Assembly: GCA_964291495.2 (NCBI GenBank)
Contig: OZ219872.1
Coordinates: 832,001-896,000 of the forward strand
Length of the DNA stretch: 64,000 bases
Source of the DNA: Dehalococcoidia bacterium
GTDB lineage: Bacteria; Chloroflexota; Dehalococcoidia; UBA2979
Direction: 5' to 3'
Translations under genes and position numbers: made by a program
The notes under the pieces: model-generated
Database searches by the model: none
Told to the model about the DNA's origin: nothing
What the model saw: the letters and a program-made list of their open reading frames with translations, nothing else
Shown here: positions 31,356 to 41,334 of the stretch, piece after piece
How positions within the stretch are numbered: the stretch's first letter is position 1
How the letters are laid out: every line of letters begins with the position of its first letter

Positions 31356-33218
31356 CTAGTCCGTGCGGTAGAGGTAGCGGATGTCCCAGAGGCCGTAGAG
31401 CGTCGGTGTGGTATTGCCGAAGACGTTGCGCACGGCGCTGAGCCGCTCGGACAGCGTCGTGTAGATCAGCGGCACCTGCTCGGCGGAGATCGCCTGGGCG
31501 CGTCGGTAGTGCTCCGCGCGCTTCTCGCGATCGAGCTCCTGGCTTCCGAGGATGTAGAGCTCGTCGATCTCGGCCTCCCAGTCCGTCGCCGGTTCCTCCT
31601 GGCTCGGATTCCACATGTGCAGGGGGCCGCTGCTGTGCCAGACGTTCATGCCGCCGTGCGGCTCCGTTCCGCCGGTCAGGCCGATCACGATCGCCTCCCA
31701 CTCGTACGAGGTGGTCAGCTGCGAGACGAGCTCGCCGAAGTCGATCGCCCGGTAGTCCGCCGCGAGGCCGACCTCGGCCAGACCCTCGGCGATCAGCGCC
31801 GCCACCCGCTCGCGGACGCTGTTGCCCTCGTTCGTGGCGAGCGAGAACGCGATCGGGTTGCCCTCGCCGTCCTCGCGCACGCCGTCCCCGTCGCGGTCCG
31901 TCCAGCCGAGCGCGTCGAGCAGGTCATTGGCCGCCTCCACGTCGTACTCGTACCTGCGCACGTCGGGGTTGTGGAAGACGCCGGCGGAGGGGCTGATGTG
32001 CGCCCACTGCGGGTAGCCGAGGCCGTGCATCACCTCGGCGACGAGCCGCTCCCTGTCGATGGCGTGCGAAACCGCGTGGCGGAACTGCTGGTTGCTGAAC
32101 CACGCGAGCTTCTCCGGCGCGACATGCGGCGCGCCGCTCTCCGCGTTCGAGCCGGGGTTCTGGTTGAAGACCAGGAACGTGGTGCCGAACGCCGGTCCAC
32201 GGCGGTGGATCGTGAAGTTCCCGGCCTCCTCGAGCTCCTTGAGCCCGGCGTACTCCTCGCCGGTAACGCCGTGCACGTCCGTATCGCCCGCCTTGAACAG
32301 CTCGAGCTCGGCCTCGATATCCTCGACGAGCAGGTGCACGATCGTCTCGATGTAGGGGAGGCTGTTGCCCTCGGCGTCCTTCAGCCAGTAGTTCGGGTTG
32401 CGCTGCAGCACCACGCGCTCGCCCGGCTCGTAACTCTCGATCGTGAACGGGCCAGTGCCAATCACCGTCGTCGGGTCGGCGTCGACGTCCCACACCTCGG
32501 CGAACGTGCCGTCTTCGACGTGCGGCTCCAGGATGTGGCGCGGGTAGATCGCCGTGCCCATCGAGCGGATGAAGGGCGCGAACGACGTCGGGAGCACGAA
32601 GCGGACGGTGAAGTCGTCCACCGCCTCCACGGTCATCGTGTCCTCGACCCACTCCCCGTTCTCGTCGAGGAAACGGAAGATGAACGCCGAGCGGGAGCTG
32701 GCGGGGATCTCCTCGTTGTAGATGATGCGGTTGAAGGTGAACTCGACGTCGCGGGCGGTGAACGGCTGGCCGTCGTGCCAGGCGACGTCGCGGCGCAGGT
32801 TGAAGGTCCAGGTCAGCCCGTCCTCGGAGTGCTCCCACGACTCCGCCAGCGACGGCTCGACCTCGTCGGTCAGCCACGAGACTTCGGTGAGGCCGTCGAA
32901 GAGCAGGCTGAGCAGGCCCGAGGAATAGGCATCGTTCGCAATCGCGAGGTTGAAGGTGAGCGGCTCGCCGATGGTCGACGAGGTGATCGTCCCGCCGGGC
33001 GTCCCGATCTCGTACGCGAACGCCTCGGCGTTCTCCTTGAGCGAGTCGACGGTCGCCTCGGGAGGCACCGCGGTCGCTGCCGGAGTCTCGAATGGCGGCG
33101 GCACGAAAGGCGCGTCGTCCTCGTCGCCACCGTCCCCGCAGGCGGCGAGCGTGAGCGCGGCCGCCGCGAACAGCAGCGCCACGAGGAACCACGCGCGGGT
33201 CACGATTCGCATCCTCAT
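31356..33218 (-). CDS. ABC transporter peptide/nickel substrate-binding lipoprotein (SBP family 5)
   Basis: Lipobox LAAC; LAESWEHSEDGLTWTFNLR, IGTGPF, RNPNYW. Confidence 0.92.
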   Translation of the reverse strand: MRMRIVTRAWFLVALLFAAAALTLAACGDGGDEDDAPFVPPPFETPAATAVPPEATVDSLKENAEAFAYEIGTPGGTITSSTIGEPLTFNLAIANDAYSSGLLSLLFDGLTEVSWLTDEVEPSLAESWEHSEDGLTWTFNLRRDVAWHDGQPFTARDVEFTFNRIIYNEEIPASSRSAFIFRFLDENGEWVEDTMTVEAVDDFTVRFVLPTSFAPFIRSMGTAIYPRHILEPHVEDGTFAEVWDVDADPTTVIGTGPFTIESYEPGERVVLQRNPNYWLKDAEGNSLPYIETIVHLLVEDIEAELELFKAGDTDVHGVTGEEYAGLKELEEAGNFTIHRRGPAFGTTFLVFNQNPGSNAESGAPHVAPEKLAWFSNQQFRHAVSHAIDRERLVAEVMHGLGYPQWAHISPSAGVFHNPDVRRYEYDVEAANDLLDALGWTDRDGDGVREDGEGNPIAFSLATNEGNSVRERVAALIAEGLAEVGLAADYRAIDFGELVSQLTTSYEWEAIVIGLTGGTEPHGGMNVWHSSGPLHMWNPSQEEPATDWEAEIDELYILGSQELDREKRAEHYRRAQAISAEQVPLIYTTLSERLSAVRNVFGNTTPTLYGLWDIRYLYRTD

Positions 33219-33298
33219 CCGGCCGCTCCTTGTCCCCGAACCTACAGCGTGAGACAGCGTATCGCAGGCCGGCGCTGTGATCCGGGACGCTGCCGCGA

Positions 33299-33337
33299 CC
33301 CCTCACCCCCGCCCTCTCCCTCAAGGGGCGAGGGAGC
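33299..33337. repeat. Single palindromic repeat unit
   Basis: CCCCTCACCCCCGCCCTCTCCCTCAAGGGGCGAGGGAG. Confidence 0.7.
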
Positions 33338-33358
33338 CGGACAGCCCCCGGCGCCCCG

Positions 33359-34600
33359 CTACCCCCGAGGCAGGCCGAGGCCGCGGGTGGCGATGATGTT
33401 GCGCTGCACCTCGGAGGTGCCGCCGCGGATCGTCGCGGGGACCGCGCGCAGGTAGTTGTACGGCGGCGCGCCGCCCTGCGCGGCGTACGGGCTCTCCGGC
33501 CCGTCCTCCGTGCCCTGCCCCCAGAGCTGCCCGTACAGCCCGAACGTCTTGATGCTCGTCGCCGAGAGCCGCTGCAGCAGCTCCGAGTTGAACAGCTTCG
33601 AGGTCGACGCCTCGTAGTTCGGGACCATCCCCGCCGCCTGGATCGAGATCACCCGCGCCGAGAACTGGAACATCACTTCCGTCTCGATGTAGCGGTCCGC
33701 CACCTCGGCGCGCAGCGTCTCGCCGCGCCCGAGCAGCGACTTCGCCGCGCCCTCCTCGCTCGCGCAGTAGGAGAGCAGCTTCTCGATGCCGCGCTGCATC
33801 GAGACCGCGCCCTCGATGTTGGAGCGCTCGAAGTCGAGCAGGTTCATCGCCACGTACCAGCCGCGGTTCTCCTCGCCGACGAGGTTGGAGACGGGCGTGC
33901 GCACCTCCTCGTAGAAGGTCTCGTTGAAGTAGTGCACGTCGCTCATGTCGACCAGCGGCTGGACGCCGATGCCGGGCGTCTTGCCGTCGACGAGCAGGAA
34001 CGAGATGCCGCGGTGCTTCGGCGCGGTCGGGTCGGTGCGGGTGAGCAGGAAGAACCAGTCGGCGGTGTGCGCCGCCGAGGTCCAGATCTTCTGCCCGTTG
34101 ATCACGTAGTCGTCGCCGTCGCGGCGCGCGCTGGTGGAGAGCGAGGCGAGGTCCGAGCCGGCGCCCGGCTCCGAGAAGCCCTGCGCCCACGTCACCTCGC
34201 CGGAGAGGATGCGCGGCAGGTGCTCGCGGCGCTGCTCCTCCGTGCCGTTGAGGATCAGCGTCGGCCCCAGCATGTTAGTGCCGGAGCCGCCCACGGCCGG
34301 GGCGCCGGAGCTGGCCAGCTCCTGCTTGAGGATGAACTGCTCCATCGAGCTGAGCCCGCCGCCGCCGTACTCCTCCGGCCAGTGCGGCGCGACCCAGCTG
34401 TGCTCGGCGAGGGCGTCCGACCAGGCGACGGCCGCCTCGCGGCGATCGGGATCCTCGGACTTGCGGTCGAACTCCCAGGTGCGCTCGAGGCGGTGCGCGT
34501 TGACGCCGCTCGGCCGGTAGCGCGCCGGGAGGCGCTCGGCGATCAGGCCGCGGACCTTCTCGCGAAAGTCCGCCTGCTCCTCGTTGTCGCTCCAGTCCAT
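33359..34600 (-). CDS. Acyl-CoA dehydrogenase
   Basis: QGFSEPGAGSDLASL, INGQKIWTS, IRGGTSEVQRNIIA. Confidence 0.95.
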   Translation of the reverse strand: MDWSDNEEQADFREKVRGLIAERLPARYRPSGVNAHRLERTWEFDRKSEDPDRREAAVAWSDALAEHSWVAPHWPEEYGGGGLSSMEQFILKQELASSGAPAVGGSGTNMLGPTLILNGTEEQRREHLPRILSGEVTWAQGFSEPGAGSDLASLSTSARRDGDDYVINGQKIWTSAAHTADWFFLLTRTDPTAPKHRGISFLLVDGKTPGIGVQPLVDMSDVHYFNETFYEEVRTPVSNLVGEENRGWYVAMNLLDFERSNIEGAVSMQRGIEKLLSYCASEEGAAKSLLGRGETLRAEVADRYIETEVMFQFSARVISIQAAGMVPNYEASTSKLFNSELLQRLSATSIKTFGLYGQLWGQGTEDGPESPYAAQGGAPPYNYLRAVPATIRGGTSEVQRNIIATRGLGLPRG

Positions 34601-34640
34601 TGTTCACTCCCGTCCTCGGGGTCGCCCCTGCGATTGCGTG

Positions 34641-35918
34641 CTATGCGATGACGTCCGCCTCGCGCAGCGAGGCAAGTTCCTCGGCGCTGAATCCGTGCTC
34701 CAGCAGCACCTCGTCGGTGTCGGCGGCGTAGGCCGGGGCCGGGCCGTGCACGGCCGTCGGCGTCTCCGACATCTGCACCACCGGCCCGGCGACGCGCTGC
34801 GGCCCGGTGACCGGGTGCTCGAGGTCCCACATCAGGCCGAGCGCCCGCACCTGTTCGTCCTCCGGCAGGTCCTCGGGGAAGCGCACGGGCGAGGCGGGGA
34901 CGCCGCCCGCCTCAAACAGCTCCATCCACTCCGCCACCGTCTTCTCGCTCAGCGTGCGCTCGATCTGCGCCTTCCACTGCTCGAAGCGCGTCTCGTTCCG
35001 CGGGTCAGTCGAGTCGTAGTCGGCGCTGTCGCCGTCGTCGTCGACGCCGAGCACGGCGCGGGCGGCGGCCCGCAGCGGCGGCGTGAGACAGCCGAGGGCG
35101 ATCGCGCCGTCCCTCGCCTGGTAGGAGCGGTAGTAGAGGCGCGGCGGGCCGGCCTCGGTGATGCGGTGGCGGTCGCGGATCGCCATCTGGTCGCGGTAGG
35201 GCTTGCCGGCGGCGCGCGCCTCCTCGATCTCGGCGAGCATCGGGTCGCGCGTCACGGAGTCGCTGACCGGCTCGTCCATCACGTGGTAGTCGAGCAGGGA
35301 GAGCGCGGTGCGCAGCATCGAGGCCTGGATCAGCTGCCCCTTGCCCGTGCGCTCGCGGTGGTAGAGCGCGCTCGCGATCGCCATCGCCGAGGTCAACCCG
35401 GTCGCGTAGTCGACGATCGGCGGGCGGGTGTACTGCGGCGTGCCCTCGTGGTCGACGCGGCCGATCACGGACATCAGGCCGCTGTAGGCGGTCATCGCGC
35501 CGTCGGTGGCCGGGTCGAAGGCGCGAGGGCCCTCGCTGCCATAGGCGCTGATCTCGCAGTAGATCAGGCCGGGGTGGAGGGCGGCGAGCTGCTCGTAGCC
35601 GACGCCGAGGCGTTCCGGGACGCCGGGCCGCATGTTGTGCATCAGCACGTCGAAGCGCGGGACCAGGCGGTGCAGCACGGCCTGGCCGCGCGGGTCCTTG
35701 AGGTCGATCGCGACGGCGCGCTTGCCGCGGTTGAGGGACTGGAAGCGCTTGCCCTCGCGGGGGACGACGGCGCCGACGTTGCGGTAGTGCTCGCCCTCGC
35801 GGGGTTCGACCTTGACGACGTCCGCGCCGAGGTCGGAGAGGTTGACGCCGCAGTAGGGACCCGCGGCGATCTGGGAGAACTCGAGCACGCGCACGCCGTC
35901 GAGCGCACCGGGCGCCAT
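34641..35918 (-). CDS. CoA-transferase family III (CaiB/BaiF)
   Basis: LDGVRVLEFSQIAAGP, DLGADVVKVEP, NRGKR, IVDYATG. Confidence 0.92.
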   Translation of the reverse strand: MAPGALDGVRVLEFSQIAAGPYCGVNLSDLGADVVKVEPREGEHYRNVGAVVPREGKRFQSLNRGKRAVAIDLKDPRGQAVLHRLVPRFDVLMHNMRPGVPERLGVGYEQLAALHPGLIYCEISAYGSEGPRAFDPATDGAMTAYSGLMSVIGRVDHEGTPQYTRPPIVDYATGLTSAMAIASALYHRERTGKGQLIQASMLRTALSLLDYHVMDEPVSDSVTRDPMLAEIEEARAAGKPYRDQMAIRDRHRITEAGPPRLYYRSYQARDGAIALGCLTPPLRAAARAVLGVDDDGDSADYDSTDPRNETRFEQWKAQIERTLSEKTVAEWMELFEAGGVPASPVRFPEDLPEDEQVRALGLMWDLEHPVTGPQRVAGPVVQMSETPTAVHGPAPAYAADTDEVLLEHGFSAEELASLREADVIA

Positions 35919-36102
35919 CGCCGCTCCTCCGCTGCCGGTCCGCCGGGTCCGGTTCGGTCGCCTCGCTGGTCGCGAGACAGCCTACCGGAGGCGCGCCGCG
36001 CGAGGTAGGCGTGGGGGTGCGGGGGGATGGGCTACTCGACGCGATCCTCGGGGAGGGCGGCAAGCCCGGCCAGTCCGAAGGTCGTCCAGCTGCTTCGCAT
36101 CG

Positions 36103-38121
36103 CTACTCTTCGCTCGCCGGCGGCTCGGGTTGCACACGGATGGAGTCCAGCATCTGGTCGAAGAGCGCGTTCTGGTCTGGAGCGCCGTCGCCCCCACCCT
36201 CAACCGGCGTGATGGAGCGTTCGACCTCGTAGAAGTCGAAGTAGAGCATCACCCAGCTCCCCGTCACCACGTCATCGAGGCTGAAGAACAGCCCTACCCG
36301 GTGGTCGTCGGCCACCTCGCCCACGGTCACGTTCATGCCCGCGGGGATGGTGATCACGCTCTCCGAATCGCCGAGGCGGTAGGTGCGTCCGCCTTCCACG
36401 ACCTGGTCGCCGTACAGCCCTCCGCCAATGCCGAACCCCGCGGCCGTCAGGTAGGGGACGTTGAGGCGGGGAATGCCGTCCCTCCCGACGCGCGCGGTCA
36501 CGCCCTCGCCGATGTTCGAGGGCAGGCCCGGCCCGGATGCCGCCACGGGGCGCACCTCGAAGTCGTAGGGCCACTCCTGATCCAGGCCGGTCACGCGATG
36601 GCGCCGCACCGCTCCGCCGCCGGGGATCGCCGTCCAGCTGCCCCAGGTCCGGGGAGCAGCGTCGTCCGGCTCGTCGCCGTCGCGGCCCCAGATTCTCATC
36701 CGGTATTGCCAGCCCGTGGCCGTCGAGGCTCCCACCGTCGCGTCGCTCCAGGTGAGGACCAGCTCGCCCGCGACGCCATCCGAGAGCGCCACGAGCGTGC
36801 GCTCTGACACTCGCACCGGGTAGCTCCGCAGCAGCGTCGTCCCCTGGTAGATGTGAATCTCGGTCGTTCCCACGGCGCAGCCGGTCAGATAGATGGACCC
36901 GCTACTCCGAGAGGGGCTAAGGTCGCGGTAGTGGTAGGGCTGCCCTCCGCCCTCGGGCAGCGCCGGCGCCGACGGACACGCCTCCTCGAAGATGGCGATG
37001 GCGGTGTTTCCGGCGCCCGGACCGATCCGGATCGTGGATGGCGCCTCCACGTCGGTATAGACGCCGAAAGCTAATTCCTCGCCCACATTGATCGCCTCCG
37101 GGACGGGATTCAGGTAGGTGCCGGTGGAGCAATCTTCGAGCCCCAGCGAGCCCAGGTCGTTGTTGCTCACGCTTCGCAGCGAGGCCGGCACGCAGCCCGT
37201 GAGGGCGTTGTTGGCCAGGTAGACGTGCGTCAGGGCAGTGAGCTGCCCGAGGCTCACCGGGATCGGCCCGGTGAGCGCATTGTCGTTGAGGCGGAGCTGC
37301 GTGACGCGGCCCTCCTCGTCAGCGGTGACGCCGTGCCATTCCCCGATCGGTTGGTCGGTCAGCCAGTGCGTGCTGGTCTGCCAGTTCGCGCCGTCCGTAG
37401 CGTTGTAGAGCGCGACGAGCGCGGCCCGGTCCTGCGCCGTCGAGCCTGCCACCGGGGCGGTTGCGGTCGCTGTCGGGGTGGGTGTGGCCGTCGGCGCTGG
37501 TGCGGGCGCCGCTGTCGGCGTCGGCGTGGCTGTCGGCGTCGGCGCGGGAGCTGGCGTGGCCGCCGCCGTAGGCGAGGGCGTCGGTGTCGGTGTGGCTGCC
37601 GCCGCCGGAGCAGGCGTGGGTGCGGCCGTCGCCGTCGGAGTGGGTGTAGCCGTCGCTGACAGCGTGGCAGTAGCCGTCGGCGCGGGCGTGGCCGCCGGCG
37701 GCGCCGTCGCGGTCGCCATCGCAGTCGCCGTCGGCACCTGCGCGACCTGCTGCTCGCTGTCGTCGAGGCCGGCAAGGACGAGGAGCACGACCGCCGCAAC
37801 GGCCACCGCCGCCGCGCCGGCCGCCGCCACGCCCGCCCAGACGAGCACTCGCCCGACCGGATCGAGCGCCGCGGGCAGGGCGAGGAGGCCGAACAGCCGT
37901 CGGCGGGGCTCGGGACGCCAGGCGGCGAGCTGCCGGCGGTTCTCGAGTCCGAGCTTGCCGAGCATGTTGGAGATGTGGAACTTCACGGCGTCGAGCGTGA
38001 CGCCGAGGCGCGCCGCGATCTCGGCGTTCGTGCCGCCTCGGCGCAGCTCTTCGAGCACGCGCTGCTCGGCCGGGGTGAGGATGCCGGGGCTTCGCGGGCG
38101 GCCTCGCCCTCGCTGCGTCAT
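36103..38121 (-). CDS. LuxR-HTH, TM helix, Pro/Thr/Ala linker, LRR and FN3-like domain protein (membrane-anchored regulator)
   Basis: LTPAEQRVL..TNAEIAARLG..VKFHISNMLGKLG; hydrophobic helix; PT repeats; DRAALVALYNATDGANW cap with LTGPIP LRRs; WQYR..VTGL..YDFEVR FN3-like. Confidence 0.8.
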   Translation of the reverse strand: MTQRGRGRPRSPGILTPAEQRVLEELRRGGTNAEIAARLGVTLDAVKFHISNMLGKLGLENRRQLAAWRPEPRRRLFGLLALPAALDPVGRVLVWAGVAAAGAAAVAVAAVVLLVLAGLDDSEQQVAQVPTATAMATATAPPAATPAPTATATLSATATPTPTATAAPTPAPAAAATPTPTPSPTAAATPAPAPTPTATPTPTAAPAPAPTATPTPTATATAPVAGSTAQDRAALVALYNATDGANWQTSTHWLTDQPIGEWHGVTADEEGRVTQLRLNDNALTGPIPVSLGQLTALTHVYLANNALTGCVPASLRSVSNNDLGSLGLEDCSTGTYLNPVPEAINVGEELAFGVYTDVEAPSTIRIGPGAGNTAIAIFEEACPSAPALPEGGGQPYHYRDLSPSRSSGSIYLTGCAVGTTEIHIYQGTTLLRSYPVRVSERTLVALSDGVAGELVLTWSDATVGASTATGWQYRMRIWGRDGDEPDDAAPRTWGSWTAIPGGGAVRRHRVTGLDQEWPYDFEVRPVAASGPGLPSNIGEGVTARVGRDGIPRLNVPYLTAAGFGIGGGLYGDQVVEGGRTYRLGDSESVITIPAGMNVTVGEVADDHRVGLFFSLDDVVTGSWVMLYFDFYEVERSITPVEGGGDGAPDQNALFDQMLDSIRVQPEPPASEE

Positions 38122-38269
38122 GCCCCAAGTCTAGGATCGTGCATCGGCGAATATCACTACCCGATGGCTCCCGGGCCTCCCGGCCCGCCCGCCCGCACCC
38201 GGCCTCAACCCGCGCCGGTGGTAGCATGGAACGCGCGCCGCGAGGGCGCGCGAAACGGCTGGGGGCTGC

Positions 38270-39750
38270 ATGCACGACGTGGTGGTCGTCGGCGCCGGAA
38301 ACGCGGCGCTCTGCGCGGCGCTGGCGGCGCAGGAGGCGGGCGCGAGCGTCCTCGTCCTCGAAAAGGCCAGCGAGGACGAGCGCGGCGGCAATACCTACTT
38401 CACCGGCGGCGGTTTCCGCTTCCCCTACGACGGCATCGAGGACATCCAGGTCCTCATCCCCGACCTCACCGAGGGCGAGCTCGCACGCATCGAGGTCGGC
38501 GCCTACACCGAGGCCGCGATGCGCGAGGACCTGATGCGCGTTAGCGAGGGCCTCGCCGACGAGCAGCTGACCGACCACCTGGTGCGCAACTCCTTCGGGA
38601 CCATGCAGTGGATGCGCGAGCGCCTCGATGTGCGCTGGGTGCTGATGTACGGCCGCCAGGCCTACGAGGTGGAGGGCAAGCTGCGCTTCTGGGGCGGCCT
38701 GATCGTCGAGGCCGTCGGCGCCGGCAAGGGCCTCTCCGACTCGCTCTTCGCCGCTGCCGACCACCACGGCGTCGAGGTGCGCTACGGCACGAAGGCCGTC
38801 GGCCTCGTGATGGACGACGCCGGCGCGGTGCGCGGCGTGCAGGCGCGCGGCCCCAACGGCCGCGAAACCATCGACGCGCGCGCCGTGGTGATGGCCGCCG
38901 GGGCTTCGAGGCGAACACCGAGATGCGCACCCGCTACATGGGCCCGGGCTGGGAGCTGGCCAAGGTGCGCGGCACCCGCCACAACACCGGCGAGGGCATC
39001 CGCATGGCCCTCGACATCGGCGCGCAATCGCACGGCCACTGGTCCTCGGGGCACGCGGTCGCCTGGGACCTCAACGCGCCGCCGACGGGCAACCGCATCG
39101 TCGGCGACCTCTACCAGAAGCACTCCTACCCGCTGGGGCTGATCGTGAACATCGAGGGCGAGCGCTTCGTCGACGAGGGCGCGGACATGCGCAACTACAC
39201 CTACGCCAAGTACGGGCGCGAGATCCTGCGCCAGCCCTACGGCGTCGCCTTCCAGCTGTTCGACCAGAAGACGGTGCCGATCCTGCGCGACGAGTACCGC
39301 ATCCGCGAGATCACGAAGGGCGAGGGCCAGACGATCGGCGAGCTCGCCGACGACCTCGGCATCGACCGCGAGGGGCTGGAGCGCACGGTCGCCGAGTTCA
39401 ACGCCGCCTGCCAGCCGGGCGAGTTCAACCCGGCGGTCCGCGACGGCGTGCGCACCGAGGGCATCGAGCCGCCGAAGTCGAACTGGGCGATCCCGCTCGA
39501 CGAGCCGCCCTACTTCGGCGTCGCCGTGACCTGCGGGATTACGTTCACCTTCGGCGGCCTGCGCATCGACCACCGCAGCGCGCAGGTGCTGGACACGGAG
39601 CTGGAGCCGATTCCCGGCCTCTACGCGGCCGGCGAGCTGGTCGGCGGGCTCTTCTACCACAACTACGCCGGCGGGACGGGCCTGATGTCGGGCGCGGTCT
39701 TCGGCCGGACGGCCGGGCGGGCCGCCGCCGAGGCGGTCCTCGGAGGGTAG
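38270..39750 (+). pseudogene. tcuA: FAD-dependent tricarballylate dehydrogenase TcuA-like, split by a one-base deletion at about 38900 (may be a sequencing error)
   Basis: N-half VVVVGAGNAALCAA..RGGNTYF; C-half FEANTEMR..GITFTFGGL..NYAGGTGLMSGAVFGR. GCC-GGGG-CTTC at 38897-38907 lacks one G needed for AAGGFEAN. Confidence 0.8.
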
Positions 39751-39761
39751 GGGCAGGCGCG

Positions 39762-39947
39762 ATGCTGTACTTCCTCGCGATCATCGCGCCGCCGATCGCC
39801 GTGCTGGCGGTGGGGCGACCGTGGCTGTCGCTGCTCAACCTCGTGCTGACGGTCGCGGGCTGGATACCCGGCGTCATCCACGCGGTGCTGGTGATCAACG
39901 AGCACAAGGCGGACCAGCGCGCGGAGCGCTACGCCTCGCGCGAGTAG
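39762..39947 (+). CDS. YqaE/Pmp3 family membrane protein
   Basis: LAIIAPPIAV..LNLVLT..GWIPGVIHA. Confidence 0.9.
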   Translation: MLYFLAIIAPPIAVLAVGRPWLSLLNLVLTVAGWIPGVIHAVLVINEHKADQRAERYASRE

Positions 39948-39956
39948 CCTTCCCCC

Positions 39957-40130
39957 TCCGGCCCCCTCTCCCCGAGGGAGAGGGCGGGGGTGAGGGAGGC
40001 GCACGCCGGACCGTCGCCGTCCTCGGAAGGTTCGTTGCCCCCCGCCTGGATTCCGGCTCTTGCCGGAATGACGGGAAGGGCGGCTCCGGCCCCTCTCCCT
40101 GGGGAGAGGGCAGGGGTGAGGGGGAGAACT
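39957..40130. repeat. Composite palindromic repeat cluster
   Basis: Two CCCTCTCCC hairpins flanking CTGGATTCCGGCTCTTGCCGGAATGAC. Confidence 0.85.
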
Positions 40131-40183
40131 CCCGCACGCCCCGAATCCGCCGAGGGCGCAGCACGGGCCTGAAGGGGATCCGG

Positions 40184-41218
40184 ATGCGAACGGACGGGAG
40201 CCCCCGCCGAGGGAAGCTGCTCGCGGCGCTCGCGCTGGCGACGGTGCTCGCGGCCCTCCCTGGTTGCTTCGGCGACGACGAGGGCGAGCCTCAACGCGTC
40301 TACACGTACACGCCGACCGAGACCGCGGAGGCGACCGCCACGCCCGTCGAGACGCCCTCGCCAACAGCGACGCCCACACCAACGCTCACGCCGGAGGCGC
40401 CGACCGCCACCCCGCCACCGACGGCCGAGGCGGACGCGCCGACCGCCGGCCAGGGCGGCCTGCTGCCTCCCGAGATCGGCGAGGAGGTGGTGCGGCTGCT
40501 GCTCGACGCGATGCGCGACCCGGACTCGGAGCTGTTCTCGGGCTCCATCGACGCGCTGCCGCCGGAGCTGCGGACCCTGCTCGACGCGCTCGGGGCCAAC
40601 CTGCTGCTGGGCATCGTCGCGGTCGACACCGGCATCGGGGCCGGCGTCGTGGCGGTGCTGCCCGGCTCGCCCGCCGAGCGCGCCGGCCTTGCCGAGGGCG
40701 ACCTGATCACCGCGATCGGCGCCGAGCCAATCGAGAGCGGCGCACAGCTGCGCGATGCCATCGAGGCGCTCTCCCCGGGTACGGCCTACACGCTGACGGC
40801 CAGCCGCGGCGGCGTTCCGGGGCTGCTGGACCTCGAGCGGGAGGCGGCGTCGGAAGGCGACGCCTGGCGGGCGGAGCTGCTGCGCCTGATCGCGCTGGTG
40901 GTGCTGCTCGAGGGCGGCGCGGACCTGCCGCCCTCGGTGCTCGGCGAGCTGGCCGAGGAGACGCCGGACGGGCTTCGCGTGTTCGCCGTCTTCCCCGGCT
41001 CGCCGGCGGATGCGGGCGGCGTGCGGCCCGGCGACCTGCTGGTCTCGATCGCTGGCCGCCAGCTCGCGACGATCGCCGACCTCGAGGCGTTGCTGCGATC
41101 GTTCAACCCCGCCGGCGGCACGATCGAGGTCGTGCTGCTGCGCGACGGCGAGGAACTGACGCTGGAGATCGACCTCGCGGCCGGCGGCATGTTCGGCGGA
41201 GGCCCGGCGCCGCAGTAG
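40184..41218 (+). CDS. Lipoprotein with PT-rich linker and two PDZ domains
   Basis: Lipobox LPGC; VLPGSPAERAGLAEGDLI and VFPGSPADAGGVRPGDLL. Confidence 0.8.
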   Translation: MRTDGSPRRGKLLAALALATVLAALPGCFGDDEGEPQRVYTYTPTETAEATATPVETPSPTATPTPTLTPEAPTATPPPTAEADAPTAGQGGLLPPEIGEEVVRLLLDAMRDPDSELFSGSIDALPPELRTLLDALGANLLLGIVAVDTGIGAGVVAVLPGSPAERAGLAEGDLITAIGAEPIESGAQLRDAIEALSPGTAYTLTASRGGVPGLLDLEREAASEGDAWRAELLRLIALVVLLEGGADLPPSVLGELAEETPDGLRVFAVFPGSPADAGGVRPGDLLVSIAGRQLATIADLEALLRSFNPAGGTIEVVLLRDGEELTLEIDLAAGGMFGGGPAPQ

Positions 41219-41334
41219 GCGGCGGAGACGAAGGAGGGGCGCCCGCACTGCCCACCCGCTTGACAGCCTCGCGCGGCTTGCCGAGGCTCACGCGAGAGCG
41301 GGGCACGACGGGCGACCCCCAACGGAGAGCGCTG

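Noticed and set aside
36032-36100. 22-codon ORF MRSSWTTFGLAGLAALPEDRVE right after the LuxR-LRR gene (minus strand)
   Set aside because: Could be a truncated signal-peptide remnant, but too short to support
37440-37735. Low-complexity tandem-like DNA (also 40310-40440 and 54390-54575)
   Set aside because: Encodes Pro/Thr/Ala linkers within proteins; not an independent repeat element
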